From assembly GCA_964016885.1 (NCBI GenBank), contig OZ024741.1, forward strand, positions 166,346,001-166,410,000: a stretch of DNA of 64,000 nt. The letters run 5' to 3'. Under the pieces are notes generated by a model. It made no database searches. It saw only the letters and a program-made list of their open reading frames with translations, and was not told the origin of the DNA. Positions 48,713 through 62,452 of the stretch are shown here, in pieces. Source of the DNA: Eledone cirrhosa. Its lineage: Eukaryota. Positions within the stretch are counted from its first letter, which is position 1. The number at the start of each line of letters is the position of its first letter. Both the position numbers and the translations under genes were made by a program.

Positions 48713-49002
48713 TGGTGTATTTATGTATGGATATATATATATATATGTGTGTATGTGTGTGTATATGTGCCTCTGTGTATATTTGTGTGTATGTGTGCGT
48801 GTATATATTTATATATATATGTATATATGTGTGTATATGTGAGTGTGTGTGCGTGTGTGCATGTGTGTGTGTACGTGTGTGTACGTGTGTGTTGTTATAT
48901 ATTCTTATTCATTATTCCCACCCCCCTTTTTTTCCTCCAGCCTCACTTTCATATCTGTTATATTTTTGTTTTACAAATCCACTGTCAATAAAGGCACCAG
49001 GA

Positions 49003-49068
49003 TTTTTTCATTCTGATGAATGAAAGCAATTTTGGTTGCTTTCAAGAAACCACTGGTAAATGAAATAA
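49003..49068 (+). ncRNA. Type-I hammerhead ribozyme (direct repeat of 48088)
   Basis: TTTCATT-CTGATGA(49013)-ATGAAAGCAAT/GTTGCTTTCAA-GAAA(49046)-CCACTGG-TA-AATGAAA. Confidence 0.85.
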
Positions 49069-49202
49069 TTATCTTATGTTGTTTATTACATAACTATATA
49101 TATATATTTAAAAGTTAAACAAGGTTCAATGAATATATCAAAGAATGAGTTTTAAAATAGATTGGAAGCACTCAACAGTAAAAAAGGTTTTCCAGAATTA
49201 TT

Positions 49203-49391
49203 AATATTAATTCAAAATATTAACAAAATAGATATTCTTGTGATCAATTATATTTTATTATACACATTTCAGAGGTACTGAGTTAAGTTCAACAGTACGT
49301 CCTCATCAGATAAAATAAAATGATACATGACATACCCTGACATAGTAGATAGTTAAGATTCAGTCATGGTAGTACCATGACTGAATCTTAA

Positions 49392-49461
<70 letters not shown>

Positions 49462-49654
49462 CATTTATAATAAACAATACAATATAATGGTACTACCATG
49501 ACTGAATCTTAACCATCTACTATGTCGGGGTATGTCATGTATAATTTTATTTTATCTGATGAGGACGTACTGTTGAACTTAACTCAGTACCTTTGAAATA
49601 TGTATAATAAAATATAATTGATCACAAGAATATCTATTTTGTTAATATTTTGAA

Positions 49655-49662
<8 letters not shown>
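49203..49662. mobile_element. Fold-back element with hammerheads on both strands around a (TA)n core
   Basis: Arms ~49203-49379 and ~49488-49662. Plus HHR: CTGATGA(49556)-GGACGTACTG/CAGTACCTTT-GAAA(49595)-TATGTA-TA. Minus HHR core at 49303-49309. Confidence 0.85.
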
Positions 49663-49711
<49 letters not shown>

Positions 49712-50653
49712 GACCTACATTTTTAGCGAAACCTCAACATATGTTTGCCACGGTGGTTTTCTTATCTTCCCACACACGACCACAAAAACACTGACCTGTG
49801 ACTTCAGATCTAAAAACCTAAATAATATTACATTGTAGAAGGCTCATGGCGACTCAGCAAAATACTATCTGTAACAGATAGTTTGTTTAACCAGCATAGC
49901 AATATAAACACACACACAAAGACACACACTCACTCGCTAGCCACCCCTGCTGGAATTGGCACTACCTGAGTTTGCTACCAGGTTATTAAAATTTACCACT
50001 ATGTATTTTACACTGCACAAATAACAAACTGCATCTATACTTGCATCTTTTCCCGTTCTTCATTGCTGCACATGATTTCGAAGTAAACCATGATTCAATA
50101 AAAGAAAACATTTAAATTAGCGGTGTCTTGTTCATTTATGAATTCTTATCCATGTGACTTGGGGAAATCGTCTTCCCCGCGGTAATGTCACTTCACACCA
50201 CATCAAGCGAGTATAACTAGTTGTTTTCCTCGAAAAATGGCAAAACCTCTCCCGACTCATCGAGACACACTTTACTTACTTGCCATTACTTAACCAACAA
50301 GCTAGTCATTCATTCAACTACTTGGACAACTCCATCTTGCAACTCATGCTACCATCCACCAAATGAATTAAACACACAAACAATATTTTATACCACACTA
50401 AACATCCACCTCCATCAAGTGGTCCTATTTTCTTGTCCGTTTCAAACATTTATTTATTTTGTCTTCATCATGTAATTTCAAGGAAGTTTCGTTTCGATTT
50501 CGTTCCGTTTTATTTAAATGTATCGCCCATGTCTGCGATCTGTACTGTATTTCCGTATCGTTCCTCGTCCGTTAAAATACTCCAGAACAGACAGTGTTTT
50601 GATAACCACAAAAGAAACTTGCATTTTTTATAATAAAATATATCTATACTAAA

Positions 50654-50812
50654 GCGGCAAATTGGCAGAGTCGTTAAGGCGTCGGATAGAATGCTTTACG
50701 GTATTCGTCCCACCCCATTGCGCGCTCTGAGTTCAAATCACGCCGAGGTCAACTTTGCCTTTCATCCTTTCGAGGTCGATAAAAAATGTACCAGTCCAGT
50801 ACTAGGGTCGAT
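50654..50812 (+). mobile_element. SINE family A (older variant)
   Basis: TGGCAGAGTCGTTAAG..GAGTTCAAATC..GCCTTTCATCCTTTCGAGGTCGATAAA. Confidence 0.8.
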
Positions 50813-51309
50813 TCTTCCACTTTAGAAAAAATCAGCTGTGTTCAGACCTGGAGAGGGTTGGGCTCCGCCAGGTTTAAAAGTGCCCTAGACACGCCGTATG
50901 ACAGTGCCTCTACGACTCCACAAGGAGTTATGTGATCTTTATCCTTATCTCTATACTGCAGTCTAAAAAATGTCAATCACTGGCTTAAATTTTCCTTGGT
51001 TAGCGCCTTGCACTCAAAATTAATTAATTAAACTTTTGTTGCTATTTGTTCACCTCTATCCACGTCTCCAGGGGTATTTTAGTTGACTTTCTCAACCATT
51101 ATTTATAGTGATGCCGTCATTCTCAGATTTCTACACCTTGTCAATGTCTTATGTGTTTAACTATCTTGTTAGACATCGTGACCTTCAATGAACCAGCAGT
51201 ACTGTCTTTAGGGGTTGAAACTGACTAAATGCATTTCGACAGTTTGTGACCACGGAATTTGTTTTGATCATGTTACCATTTTATTTCGTTTTTATACCAT
51301 GCCGTCCCT

Positions 51310-51380
51310 ATGTATGTATGTATGTATGTATGTATGTATGTATGTATGTATGTATGTATGTATGTATGTATGTATGTATG
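51310..51380. repeat. (TATG)n microsatellite at the 3' end of the R4-like LINE
   Basis: Direct reading. Confidence 0.95.
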
Positions 51381-51473
51381 AATGCATGCATGTTATCTCT
51401 TTCTCTTAATTTCGAGTATATTTTTTTGACCGGCCACCTTCCTGGTGACAAGGTTGTAAAAGAAAAGAAATTG

Positions 51474-52628
51474 TCATCCCTTGAATCGCAAGAATGTTTT
51501 GCAAATTTTGAAGGTGCCAGCTATCGCAGCCATTTGTAGACTATGAATTAAGGAGCTGCGCTCATTGTCCGCAATTCCAAGTTCGGTCATACTTTGGTCC
51601 AAGCAGGTTGGTATATAACCCATAGCTCCAATAATGATGGGTATGAAGCTAAAGGTGTATCTTGGATACAGGATTTGTAAACTCCTCATCAATGGTCCGT
51701 AGATGTCCTCCTTCTCCTGTATTTTTCTGACAACGTTTACATCAAGTAGGCAGCTGATCTCCACAACAGAACACGTTTTCAATGTGTGGTCCCAAACAAC
51801 AATATCGGGCCGGTTGTGTTTTAATTTGGTGGTAGTTTTTATTTTCAGGTTCCACCAGAATTCTTTAGTGCCATCTGTCTCAATATATTCTTCCTCGTTT
51901 GTTGTTAATTTTGTTTTCCGAAGTGCGTTCCAGATGGTTCTAGCTATCCCATCGTGTCTCATGGGGAGGTAGTAGCGAGACGACATTCTTTCACAGCTGG
52001 CAACAATGTGGCTTACATCTTCAATCTTTGTTTTACATAGCCTACATTTATTGTCAGCTGATAGCCCTCCTCTTTTGTGAGCAGATTGTTTTTGTATTGC
52101 ATAGAGATATCCCTCAAGGTGTGATGTCAGAAACTTGTCGGAACTCCATGCCAGGCTTTTTGAGTGGTTTATCCCATCTATGGTCTGTGTTTTACGTTTC
52201 AAGTATCCATGCACAACCTTTTCTGTAAATTGGTCAATTTTTTCATCTTGTTTGAACATTGAATAGGATCTTCCGATTTCTCTGGGTGAGAGATTTATAT
52301 CAGGCTTTATTCCATATCTCTCCTCCAGATCAGTGGCTATTCTAATGATATTTTTTCTTTCATGCTCATAAACCTGGGCAAGAAGGCTGCAAACCTTTTT
52401 CCTCTGTTGAAGATGTTGCTTCAGTGTTACTATCCGGGTCTCATATGATGTTAATATGGATTTTAGACCCCGGCCACCTTCCTTGCGTGAGAAGTATAGC
52501 CTATCCATATCACCATTGATGTTAAAGTTCCTAGTAACACTGAGAAGTTTGTAAGTTCTAACATCCATCTCACTTAGTTCTTGCAATGACCAGTTCAGCA
52601 GGCCAAATGTTGGCGTTAGAATTGGCAC
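51474..52628 (-). pseudogene. R4-like thumb, CCHC zinc finger and restriction-like endonuclease
   Basis: CRLC-X8-H-X4-C, RHD, NRPDIVV, VEISC, KEDIY. Confidence 0.9.
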
Positions 52629-52728
52629 AGCATAAGTATTGTGGGCAATGTATTTGTTGTACGCTAACAGTTCTGATGACCATATTTCTTTACTCTTCTG
52701 AGGTATTCAGTTCTGGTTCTCTCCTTAT

Positions 52729-54294
52729 TTATGGGTCCATCATATCTGACATTCTCATCCTGTCCAAGATGTCTGTAGTTGCCACCTGACTGTAGAAGTG
52801 TATTATCAGGCCGTTCATCTCTAGATTTCTAGAGGAGGGCACAGCTCTTCCACGTTTTACTGCCAAATATGCACACTTGGACTCACCAAATTTCATTTTG
52901 ATGTCTGTTGAAAATTGTGTAATGAGGTCCAATTGTTTCTTGATGTCATTGATATTTGGCCCATACAACTTCAGGTCATCAACAAAGAAAAGATGGGAGA
53001 TACTTCTGGACCCACTTCTTTGTCCACCTTGTTTCCTGAGTAGGTAAGATAGTGGATTTTGTGAGAGAACGAAGAGTAGCACTGACAAGCTATCACCCTG
53101 AAAGATGCCCTTCTGGTAATGTATCTTATCAGTCTTAACTTGCGCCTTCTCACCTCTAAGGATCAAATTGGTGTACCAGTTCTTGGTCAGACGTTCAACA
53201 GCAGCTACCAGTGGTTGTGGGACTTTGGCTAACTGTAAAGACTTAACAATCCACCCATGAGGTACACTATCAAATGCTTTTTGATAGTCCAGCCACACCA
53301 CAGTCATGTTTCTGCGATTCTTTGTTGTTTTTTCTTGAATCATTTTATTAGTTAGTAGGTCATCTATGCAACGCCACACCTCCCTCTTTCCACCAGCTTG
53401 CTCAGGTGTTATGATGTTGGTAGCACAGTGATCCTGTATGAACAGGTTAAGGCACCCAGTATATAATTTATACATGATGTTTTGGCAGGCTATTGGGCGG
53501 TAATTTTTAGCAAGGGTGGTTTGGCTATTTTTGGGAATGAGGGTAGTAGTGGCAGTTGATAACCATCTGGGCAGTTCTTGTGTGCCTTTAATGGTTTCTG
53601 CAAACAGCCATATGAGATCTTGCCGATAGAAAGTGAAATACTTCAACCAGCGTCCTGTAATGAGGTCTGGGCCTGGTGATTTCCTATTCGACATTTTCTG
53701 TAGAGCTGTTGCCAGTATTGACCCATATATGTCATATTGTTTTGTCTGAACATGTTGGCAGTAGTCCTGTTCCAGTTCTTTTAGCCATTTAGTTTGTCTG
53801 TTGAATCCGTCATCCGTTTCCCATACAGATCTCCAGTAGCTCTCAACCTGTTCTTTGGAAGGGGTGTCATTTACAGAGATTGAGCTTTTGCCACCGAGGC
53901 TGCGATAAACTGATTTAGGATCTCTGCTAAACAATCTATTGAGCACTTGTCGTTTATGTGCTGTTGACTTAAATTTTAGTCTTTCTGTTGTAGCTGTGAG
54001 TTGTTGTTTCAACTGGTGTAATTTGGTGTTTAAAGTTTTAAATTTTGTATCTCCAAATCGTCTCTCTAACTTTATTTTTACGTCTTCCTGGTGTCGTGTG
54101 AAGTTGTTCTCTATGTTGCATTTCATAACGACTGCGATGTGTGAGATACTTCGTCTCAGGGACAACATTTTGCCTTTTAAATTTCGCATCCACGCTGGTT
54201 CAGGCTTTTTGTTTGTATCTTGATTGCGTGGTTTTAGATGTTTGTTATATGATAGCAATGTGACAGCTGAAACATATAACAAAATGTTAAGCAT
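52729..54294 (-). pseudogene. R4-like reverse transcriptase fragment
   Basis: RT motifs as listed for the element. Confidence 0.9.
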
Positions 54295-55080
54295 TTCAAA
54301 TGTCGTTTCTACACCTTTAGATCGTATAGCCTTCAGCTATTTCGTTCACCGCTTCCAATTCCAATTTAGTGGGTTCTTTACTGATTCTGGTGTTGTATGG
54401 TCTGTCACTCACATTAAGGCTGTGTATCTCTTGAAACATGTCCCATATCACTTGTAAGGTGTCCACAAGTTTTTAGTGTTCTGCTTGTACAGTAGAGTCA
54501 TGAATTTCAGTCTCGTTGTTGATGTGGTGACAATTACTACTAGAGTTAGCTGACCATTGTCTCTGTTCTTCAGTGGAAGTGGGATGGATTTCAGCAAAAT
54601 TGTTGGTGAGCTATTCACTGTTAGATTTAGCTGGCCATTCTCTTTGTCTGTCAGTGGAGGTGGGGTGGTTGTCTACAAGGGCTGTATTTGTAGTATCACT
54701 CAATTCCGTTAGATATATCAATTTACATCTAATGATACGTTTTGCCTGTTCATTTAAATGCTTTGGAGAAAAGTCTAATTCTGGGTGTTTGGAGTTTCAG
54801 AAAGTTTTTAGCCTTTGCATAAAACCGAACTTTTGGGGTTCAGATTGTTTGTATGCTTTGTAATACATTTTGCCATGACGAGTTCGTCTATTCACTAATA
54901 TTTTGTATTTATTTTTCAAAATAGTCGATGATCTTCTTTAAAAGTTTCGACAAAGTTCTGTCAGAATCAAATTTAAAGTTATTCACAGCTTGGGTAATAT
55001 TTCTTTTCAGTTAGTTTTTAATTCTACAACTGTGTTTTAAATGTTGTTCTTCAATCGTTTGAATCGAGAACAAAAAGAAC

Positions 55081-55370
55081 CGTTACTTAGTATATTTCTT
55101 TATGAATGTAATATAATATAACAATGCTGTATTTATATGTTAAAGTTTATGTATCATTCATATAAATGGGTGTTCTACAACATATTCACAGTTCAAACAC
55201 TTATGTTTTTGTTTCTTAATCGAAAACGTTACTTGCATATTTCTTTACAAATGTAATATAACAACGTTGCATTTATATGTTAAAGTGTATGTATCGTTCA
55301 TATATCATAAGTGTGTATCGTTCATATAAATAGGTGTTTTACAACACACTTACAGTTCAAACACTTATGT
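55081..55370. repeat. Tandem duplication (~145-bp period)
   Basis: CGTTACTT...CAGTTCAAACACTTATG occurs twice. Confidence 0.75.
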
Positions 55371-55514
55371 AGAATTATTGTATGTAATCTTACCGCGTAA
55401 TGTAGCTCAACTTTTTCCAATATATGGTATGTTGCCTTCATGTAAGCCGTAATTACACACGTCCGATTATCGGACACTGACCACAACGGTCGCCATTGTA
55501 TGTATATATGTCAG

Positions 55515-56185
55515 TATGTTTTCTCTTTCTCTTAATTTCGAGTATATTTTTTTGACCGGCCACCTTCCTGGTGGCAAGGTTATAAAAGAAAAAAAATTGC
55601 CATCCCTTGAATCGCAAGACTGTTTTGCAAATTTTGAAGGTGCCAGCTATCGCAGCCATTTGTAGACTATGAATGAGGGAGCTGCGCTTTTTGTCCGCAA
55701 ATCCAAGTTCAGTCATACTTTGGTCCAAGCGGGTTGGTATATAACCCGTAGCTCCAATAATGATGGGTATGAAGCTAAAGGTGTATCTTGGATACTGGAT
55801 TTGTAAACTCCTCATCAATGGTCCGTAGATGTCCTCCTTCTCCTGTATTTTTCTGACAACGTTTACATCAAGTGGGCAGCTGATCTCCACAACAGAACAC
55901 GTTTTCAATGTGTGGTCCCAAACAACAATATCAGGCCGGTTGTGCTTTAATTTGGTGGCAGGTTTTATTTTCAGGTTCCACCAGTATTCCTTAGTGCCAT
56001 CTGTCTCAATATATTCTTCCTCGTTTGTTGTTAATTTTGTTTTCCGAAGTGCGTTCCAGATGGTTCTAGCTATCCCATCGTGTCTCATGGGAGGTAGTAG
56101 CGAGACGACATTCTTTCACAGTTGGCAACAATGTGGCTAACAACTTCGATCTTTGTTTTACATAGCCTACATTTATTGTCAATTG
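55515..56185 (-). mobile_element. 5'-truncated second copy of the 51381 R4-like family
   Basis: Highly similar to 51390-52060; flanked by TATG-like repeats. Confidence 0.9.
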
Positions 56186-56399
56186 ATGTAATCGTATGTA
56201 TGTTCTTCTAGTTTTATAATTTCACAAATTTGTTCCCAATAGAGAGAGTCGGTTTCTAACATAGACACAAGACTCTCTCATTGGAATTTACACAACATCA
56301 ACTAGCTAGATACGTATGTATGTCTGCATGCATGCATGTGTAGATATGGATGTTATTGTATGTGTAGATGTGTATTTTTTAAGTTTTATGTGTGCATGT

Positions 56400-59300
56400 G
56401 TGTATGCTTTGTATCGGTACATGTGTATATGCAGTTATTAGATAGAACATTTTGGGAATGTTTTACATATTTTTACTGGATTGTACTTTCCTAACTAGTT
56501 GTGTTCTTTCTGTTTCTGTGAAGCCCAGCTTCTCAAGATTTGTATTGAGGCAGTTACTAACATATCCCAGTACCCCAATAATCACAGGTATAAATCTGAA
56601 GGTGTAATCAGGGTGGAGTATCTGCAGATTTCTCATCAGTTCTGCATAAATATTCTCCTTTTCGCTAATCTTTGATATTATATTGGCATCTGCTGGGCAG
56701 CTAATTTCCACTACTGTGCATGCTTTCTTCTCCCTGTCCCATATCATAATATCTGGTCTATTATGCCTGTATTTTATTGGAGTTTTTACTGGAACATTCC
56801 ACCAGTACTCTTTCATATTATGTACAGCGATGTCTTCCACATTGCTGTAGCTTTTAATATGTTTATTATCGGGGCTATTATTTTTACGGATTGCATTGTA
56901 CAGTGTTTGGGCCACTACATCATGCTTCATAGGTAGATAGTATCGCGATGACATCTTTGGACAGCTGCTGATGACGTGGGTGATATCGTCGATGTTAGTT
57001 CTGCAGAGTCTGCACTTGTTATCACATCTAGGTGTTTTGCATTCACCCCTATCTCTTTTGTGAATCAGGTATTTCGTATTAATCTCCTGTTCTTGGATTG
57101 CAAAAGCATATCCTTCAAAGTGGGAGCCAATATAGCGGTTGTTGGTCCAAGATAGACTACTTTCCTTGTCTATATTACTCTCACTCTGGAGCTTCCGGGC
57201 AACATATCCATGCATGATTTTTTGCTGATAAGCATGCAGTTTTTCATCCATGGATTCACTGCAATACTGCTGACCGACTTCCCTGGGTGTGTGTTTTTGA
57301 TTATCACACAGGGAATATCTCTCGAGGAGTTCCTTCCCAACTCTCATGATATTATCTGTTTCGTGCAGATAGACTTGCTCGAGAGACGGGCTCCTACGCT
57401 TCGAGGTTCGCAGATGTTATCGGAGAGATATGATGCGACATTCAAATGTTGTCTGGACTGATGTTAGGCCTCTGCCTCCCTGCTTACGTTTCAAGTAAAG
57501 TCGGTCTATGTCACTGTTGATGTGGAAGTTTCCAGTGTTGTTTAGTATTTTTCCAGTTCCAACATCAACTGCTCGGATTTCGTCTATCGTCCAATTGAGT
57601 ATTCCAAACGTTGGTTTTAGGACAGGCACAGCAACCAGATTGTGAGCCACTGTTTTGTTTTGCGCAGAGAGTTCCGATGACCAAATCTTTCTTAATCGGG
57701 TGTAGTATTCCCTGGTTACGCGTTCCTTATTACAGATACCATTATAGGATATGTTCTCATCTATCCCCAGGTATCTGTAGCACTCCTCATCAGATATCGG
57801 TGAAACAGTTAGGCTATTGATGACAATGTTGCTAGATTGGGTTGTTGTTTTTCCCCGATTTATAATCATATATGAGCATTTATCTTGGCCAAACTCTATT
57901 CCTATATCCTTTGAGAACGTTGTACCCAGGTTAAGATATTTCTTCATCCCATCCATGTTCTTCGCATAGTGTTTCAGATCATCCACAAAAAAAATATGGG
58001 TTAGGCTCGTATTTCTGTCCTCCTGTGAGCCAATGATGTATCCTTCACATTTCTTGAGCAGAAAGGACAAGGGGTTTAATGACAGGATGAATAATATCAC
58101 AGAGAGACTGTCTCCTTGAAATATACCCCTGCGATATTTTATTTTATCGGTGAAAATAGAGTCCTCCCTCTCTGTCTTTAACCTTAGGATAGTAGCCCAA
58201 GAAGAAGACAGCCTCTCTATGGCTCTGACAATAATGTCTGGGACTTTAGCAAGTTGGAGGGCCTCTATCATCCAAGAGTGGGGAACAGAATCGAAAGTTT
58301 TCCTGTAGTCCAGCCAGACTGTAGCCATATTCCTCCTTAGTTGTCGCACCTCCGACATCGCAGTTTTGTTGATTAGGAGTTGTTCAGCACATCCCCAAAC
58401 CCCTTTCTTTCCAGCTGCTTGTTCATCTGTGATGATGTTATTATTTTCACAGTGATCTTGGAGGAATAGGTTCAGGCAGGCTGTATATATCTTATACATC
58501 AGGTTCTGGCATGCAATGGGTTGGTAGTTTTTTTCCAAGTGGGTATCTTTGTTCTTGGTGAACAGTATTGTTTGTGCTAATGTCAACCATTCTGGTATAA
58601 GTGTATCTCCCTTAAGAACTTGTTGGTAGAGGTCAGTAAGACACCCCCGATAGAATATCAGTTTTTTGTAACAGTAGCCGACAATCATGTGTCTTCCTGG
58701 TGTTTTCTTATCTTGGAGTTTTCCTATCACAGTCTCAAGGGTTCCCTCACTTCTTTCGTATGTTTTTGTTGTAGTGTAGGAGCAATAGTTCTTTCGGATT
58801 TCTTTTAGCCACACTGCATCTTGGTTGAAATTCTTCTTTTCACCCATATTTTTCTCCAAAAGGAATCTATATCTTTCTGGGATGGGGCCTCAGTGACACT
58901 TATTATTTTGTTCTTCATATCTCTATAGACTGATGTTTGGTTTCGTCTGAATCTTTTATTAAGCACTTTTCTCTCATCTACCTTCTTCAGGTATTGGCGT
59001 TTTCCGCTAACCACTCTCAATTCTTGTTTGAGGGCGATCAGCTTATATTGAAGTGTTCTAGTTCTACTGTTACCAAACATCGTCTCTATTTTATTTTTCA
59101 CTCTTTGTTGGTGAGGAGTGAGGTTTTTTTGTGTTTGTTTGCATGTAAGGAGCATTGTCACATATCCTATGGTTTTTCGTAGGTCAGCAATCTTTTTTTT
59201 TACTTTAGTTATATATAATGGTATTTTTGGTGGTGTTTTGTTCTTGTTAATATCTCTATCACCAAGATAATGCTTCACTGTCGTTGCTAAAGCATTTAAA

Positions 59301-60300
59301 TAGGCGTTGATTAGCCAAAATGTTGGGGTTTTTATCTGTCGTAAATATTCATCCCCTATTTCGTCAATAACACGTAATATTTCATTATTTATTTTTTTTT
59401 ATTAAATATTGTCGTTTTAATACGTTCAGCAAGAGAGATGTTTATACATGAATTAATTTCTCTCTAGAAGATTTCGTTGAGGGAAATTTCCAATTGTTTA
59501 TACTTTTGATTATTATCATTATCGATAATATTTTCCACAACAGTCGAGGTAGACTCGGATGGTACACGTGGTGTCAAATTTCTTCGATTATTATTATTAT
59601 TTCTTCGATTATTATTATTATTATCGATAGCATTCGGCATTCGAGGTAGACTTAGATGGTACACGTGGTGTCAAGTTTCTTACAGGCATAGTTGTTTCAA
59701 GGCACTGTTCGACCTGGCTGCTAAGAAGTCTAGTAGCATGGCGACCTGTAGCACATGTTATTGATCCCATGTTTGTTGTGGGGGACTTACAATTAATAAT
59801 ATTTATCTTTATTTTTACTCTCAACAAACGTCTCTTGTTTTGGTGTGAAATAATTTAGCTCTGGGTGCATTTCGTTCCAGTGTAGCTTCATTCTATTCAT
59901 ATAGCCAATGGAGGGATTGATTTTTGCCATTTTATAACAATTAAATAAATCATCATTAAGTTCGCAACTCCAAGAGAAATGCGATTTATAATTTTGGTTT
60001 CTTCTGTAGCTACAACTGAATAAAGTTTGTTGTTTGTCTTCCTTAATTATGTTGTTGATGTTGTGTTCCTTAATTTTGTTGTTGATGTTGTGTTCAGCCA
60101 TGCTGTTTGTAGCAAATCCTTGTAAAATGAATTATGTATTTAGTCGGATATCTCTACGAATTCGAATAAAAGGTGTCTTCAGAAGATATAGTTAGAAGAA
60201 TAACCAGTTATTCAACATGACTGTAGTTGTGGCATTACTGTCGGAGATAGTATTCATCTTAAATTTAATAAATAGTCTCCCACGCTAAAATATGCGACTG
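56400..60300 (-). mobile_element. Second R4/Dong-like family, near full length, degenerate
   Basis: ORF pieces 59793-60101 (N-terminal W..E.N..L..CY..A....GYM.RM...W), 58805-59278, 57417-58859 (RT, FVDD) and 56463-57347 (CCHC, KHD, RPD, EISCP). Confidence 0.9.
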
Positions 60301-60339
60301 ATCACGTTGACTGTATGTATAAATATATATATAATTTGA

Positions 60340-60805
60340 TATCAAATGATTAAAATCCCAAACAATGTATAAAAAATTAAATGTATAAAGAATTTTCAGT
60401 CTAAAAAGACTTTCATCAATGAATATAAGATGTTTTATTTTTTCATGTCAGGAACCTTTCAGCGTTGGTTAACGTTCGAAGTTTGAACAGTTGAAGTTAT
60501 TCTAAAATTTGTTAGTTAAAGGTCCACCAGATCATAGATTATTTCTGAAATTTTACACTTAGGAGAAGAAAAGAAAAGTACACCTTATAATCTATGATCT
60601 GTTCCTTCAACTTTTAGAATGACTTCAAAGCTCATGCTTTGTCCAACTTCGACCGGTAAACAATGCTAAAAAATTCCTGGCGTGAAAATATCAAACAGAT
60701 CTTATATTCACTGATGAAAGACTCTTTAGACTGAAAATTCTGAATAAAACACTACGTTTTAATTTTTTATATGCATTGTTTGGGCCTTTAATCACTTGAA
60801 ACCAT
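60340..60805. mobile_element. Old diverged fold-back with a minimal hammerhead (+ strand, 60705-60746)
   Basis: TATTCA-CTGATGA(60711)-AAGACTCTTTAGACT-GAAA(60733)-ATTC-TGAATA. The mirror copy at ~60392-60426 has a better stem II (AGTCT/AGACT) but core TTGATGA. Confidence 0.7.
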
Positions 60806-60924
60806 TATATTATCGGAATTCTTTGGAAAACCGCCTCCAAACTCAATTTGCGTACTTGTATATAAATATATATATATGTGTGCGTGTGTGTGTCTGTGTC
60901 TGTGTGTGTGTGTGTGTGCGTCCG

Positions 60925-61130
60925 TGTCCCGGGTTCAATCGTGGGTAACCACAGTAAGTTACTCAATACATTAGTAAAGTTTGAACGACAAGATTAATAT
61001 AGAAATGGCTTCTACAAAACTAGAACTGTTTCATTCGAAAGAAATCAGGATTTCTTTGATTACCTATACGGTCAATATTTATTAGAATGCTGTTGAAGTG
61101 TCTATACATTTTTGGGAGACACCCTGTATA
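60925..61130. mobile_element. Tc1/mariner-like terminal fragment
   Basis: Ends CATTTTTGGGAGACACCCTG-TA (reverse complement TA-CAGGGTGTCTCCCAAAA); second TIR not found. Confidence 0.45.
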
Positions 61131-61199
61131 TATACTATATTATATAAAAGAAAATATGGCAAACTGGTGTATACCTTTGCCATCTATTTTATATAATTG

Positions 61200-61376
61200 A
61201 TGTTACGTTTTGGTACAAGGCCAGCAATTACCCCAGTGTATTACTGGTACTTTATTTTATCGACCCTGTAAGGATGAAAGGCAAAGTTAACCTCGGCGGG
61301 ATTTGTACTCAGACCGTAAAGGGAGGTAACTCTATGTTGCAAAGCATTGCGTTGACCCCTTACCGATACTGCCAAT
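61200..61376 (-). mobile_element. SINE family A
   Basis: Reverse-complement match to the family. Confidence 0.87.
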
Positions 61377-61464
61377 TAGCATTTATATAATATCGTATAT
61401 TTACCTGTATGTTTACCTTATTGAGGGTTCTTTCCTTTCTAGTTACAACTCCACATTCAAGCAA

Positions 61465-61660
61465 CAATATATACACACACACATACATACACACACATAC
61501 ACACATACACACATATATATATGTGTGTATGTGTGTGTATGTATGTATATATATATACTATATACATATATATATACATATATATACATACATATATATA
61601 TACATATATATACATATATATAAACACACATATATATATATATATATACACATACATATA

Positions 61661-61712
<52 letters not shown>

Positions 61713-61957
61713 CATATATATATGCATATATATACATATATATATATATATATACATATATATATACACATATATATGCATACACACACACATACATACA
61801 TACATATATATTCATACATACACACACATATTTATATATATATATATACATACTTATATATATACATATATATACATATATATACATATATATACATATA
61901 TATACATATATATACATATATATACATATATATACATACATATATATATATATACAA

Positions 61958-61996
<39 letters not shown>

Positions 61997-62040
61997 CATA
62001 TATACACACATATCTATATACATATATATATACATACAAG
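61465..62040. repeat. Compound (TA)/(CA)/(TACA) microsatellite field
   Basis: Direct reading. Confidence 0.95.
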
Positions 62041-62452
62041 CACATATTAAACGGAAACTTTGAAAACACCATTAAACACACAGCGTCTCCCCCCTTTATT
62101 CCCCGTTTTATTCTGTTTGAATGAAACACTATACATTCTACAGTATTCACTTCCATCCACTTCATATCTAAATCATGATGTGTTAGTGCTTCCACTCATT
62201 AGCAACTTAGCTGACATAAAAATGTTCTAATTAATGACGAAGAAAAATGTAATTGCCCAATTGCCGTTTAATTACAGGACCAATATTTTCTTGATGTTAT
62301 ATAGAAAGTCCTCAATCTTTTATCGACTCTAAAATTCAATGGGATCTTTTATCTTCGTAACGTCAGTTATTACACAATATGTAAGCGATTCTCTTTCTTG
62401 TTTTTGTTATTCTTCTCTTCATCTGATTTTACCATTATGTATTTTTATATGT

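Larger units (their letters stand above)
51381..55050 (-). mobile_element. R4/Dong-like non-LTR retrotransposon (RT + restriction-like endonuclease), degenerate
   Basis: ORF pieces 52729-54294 (KSPGPD, YRPIAC, DYQKAFDSVPH, GIFQGDSLS, FVDD) and 51474-52628 (GGRGL, CRLC..HIVASC, RHD, RPD). 5' boundary approximate. Confidence 0.9.
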
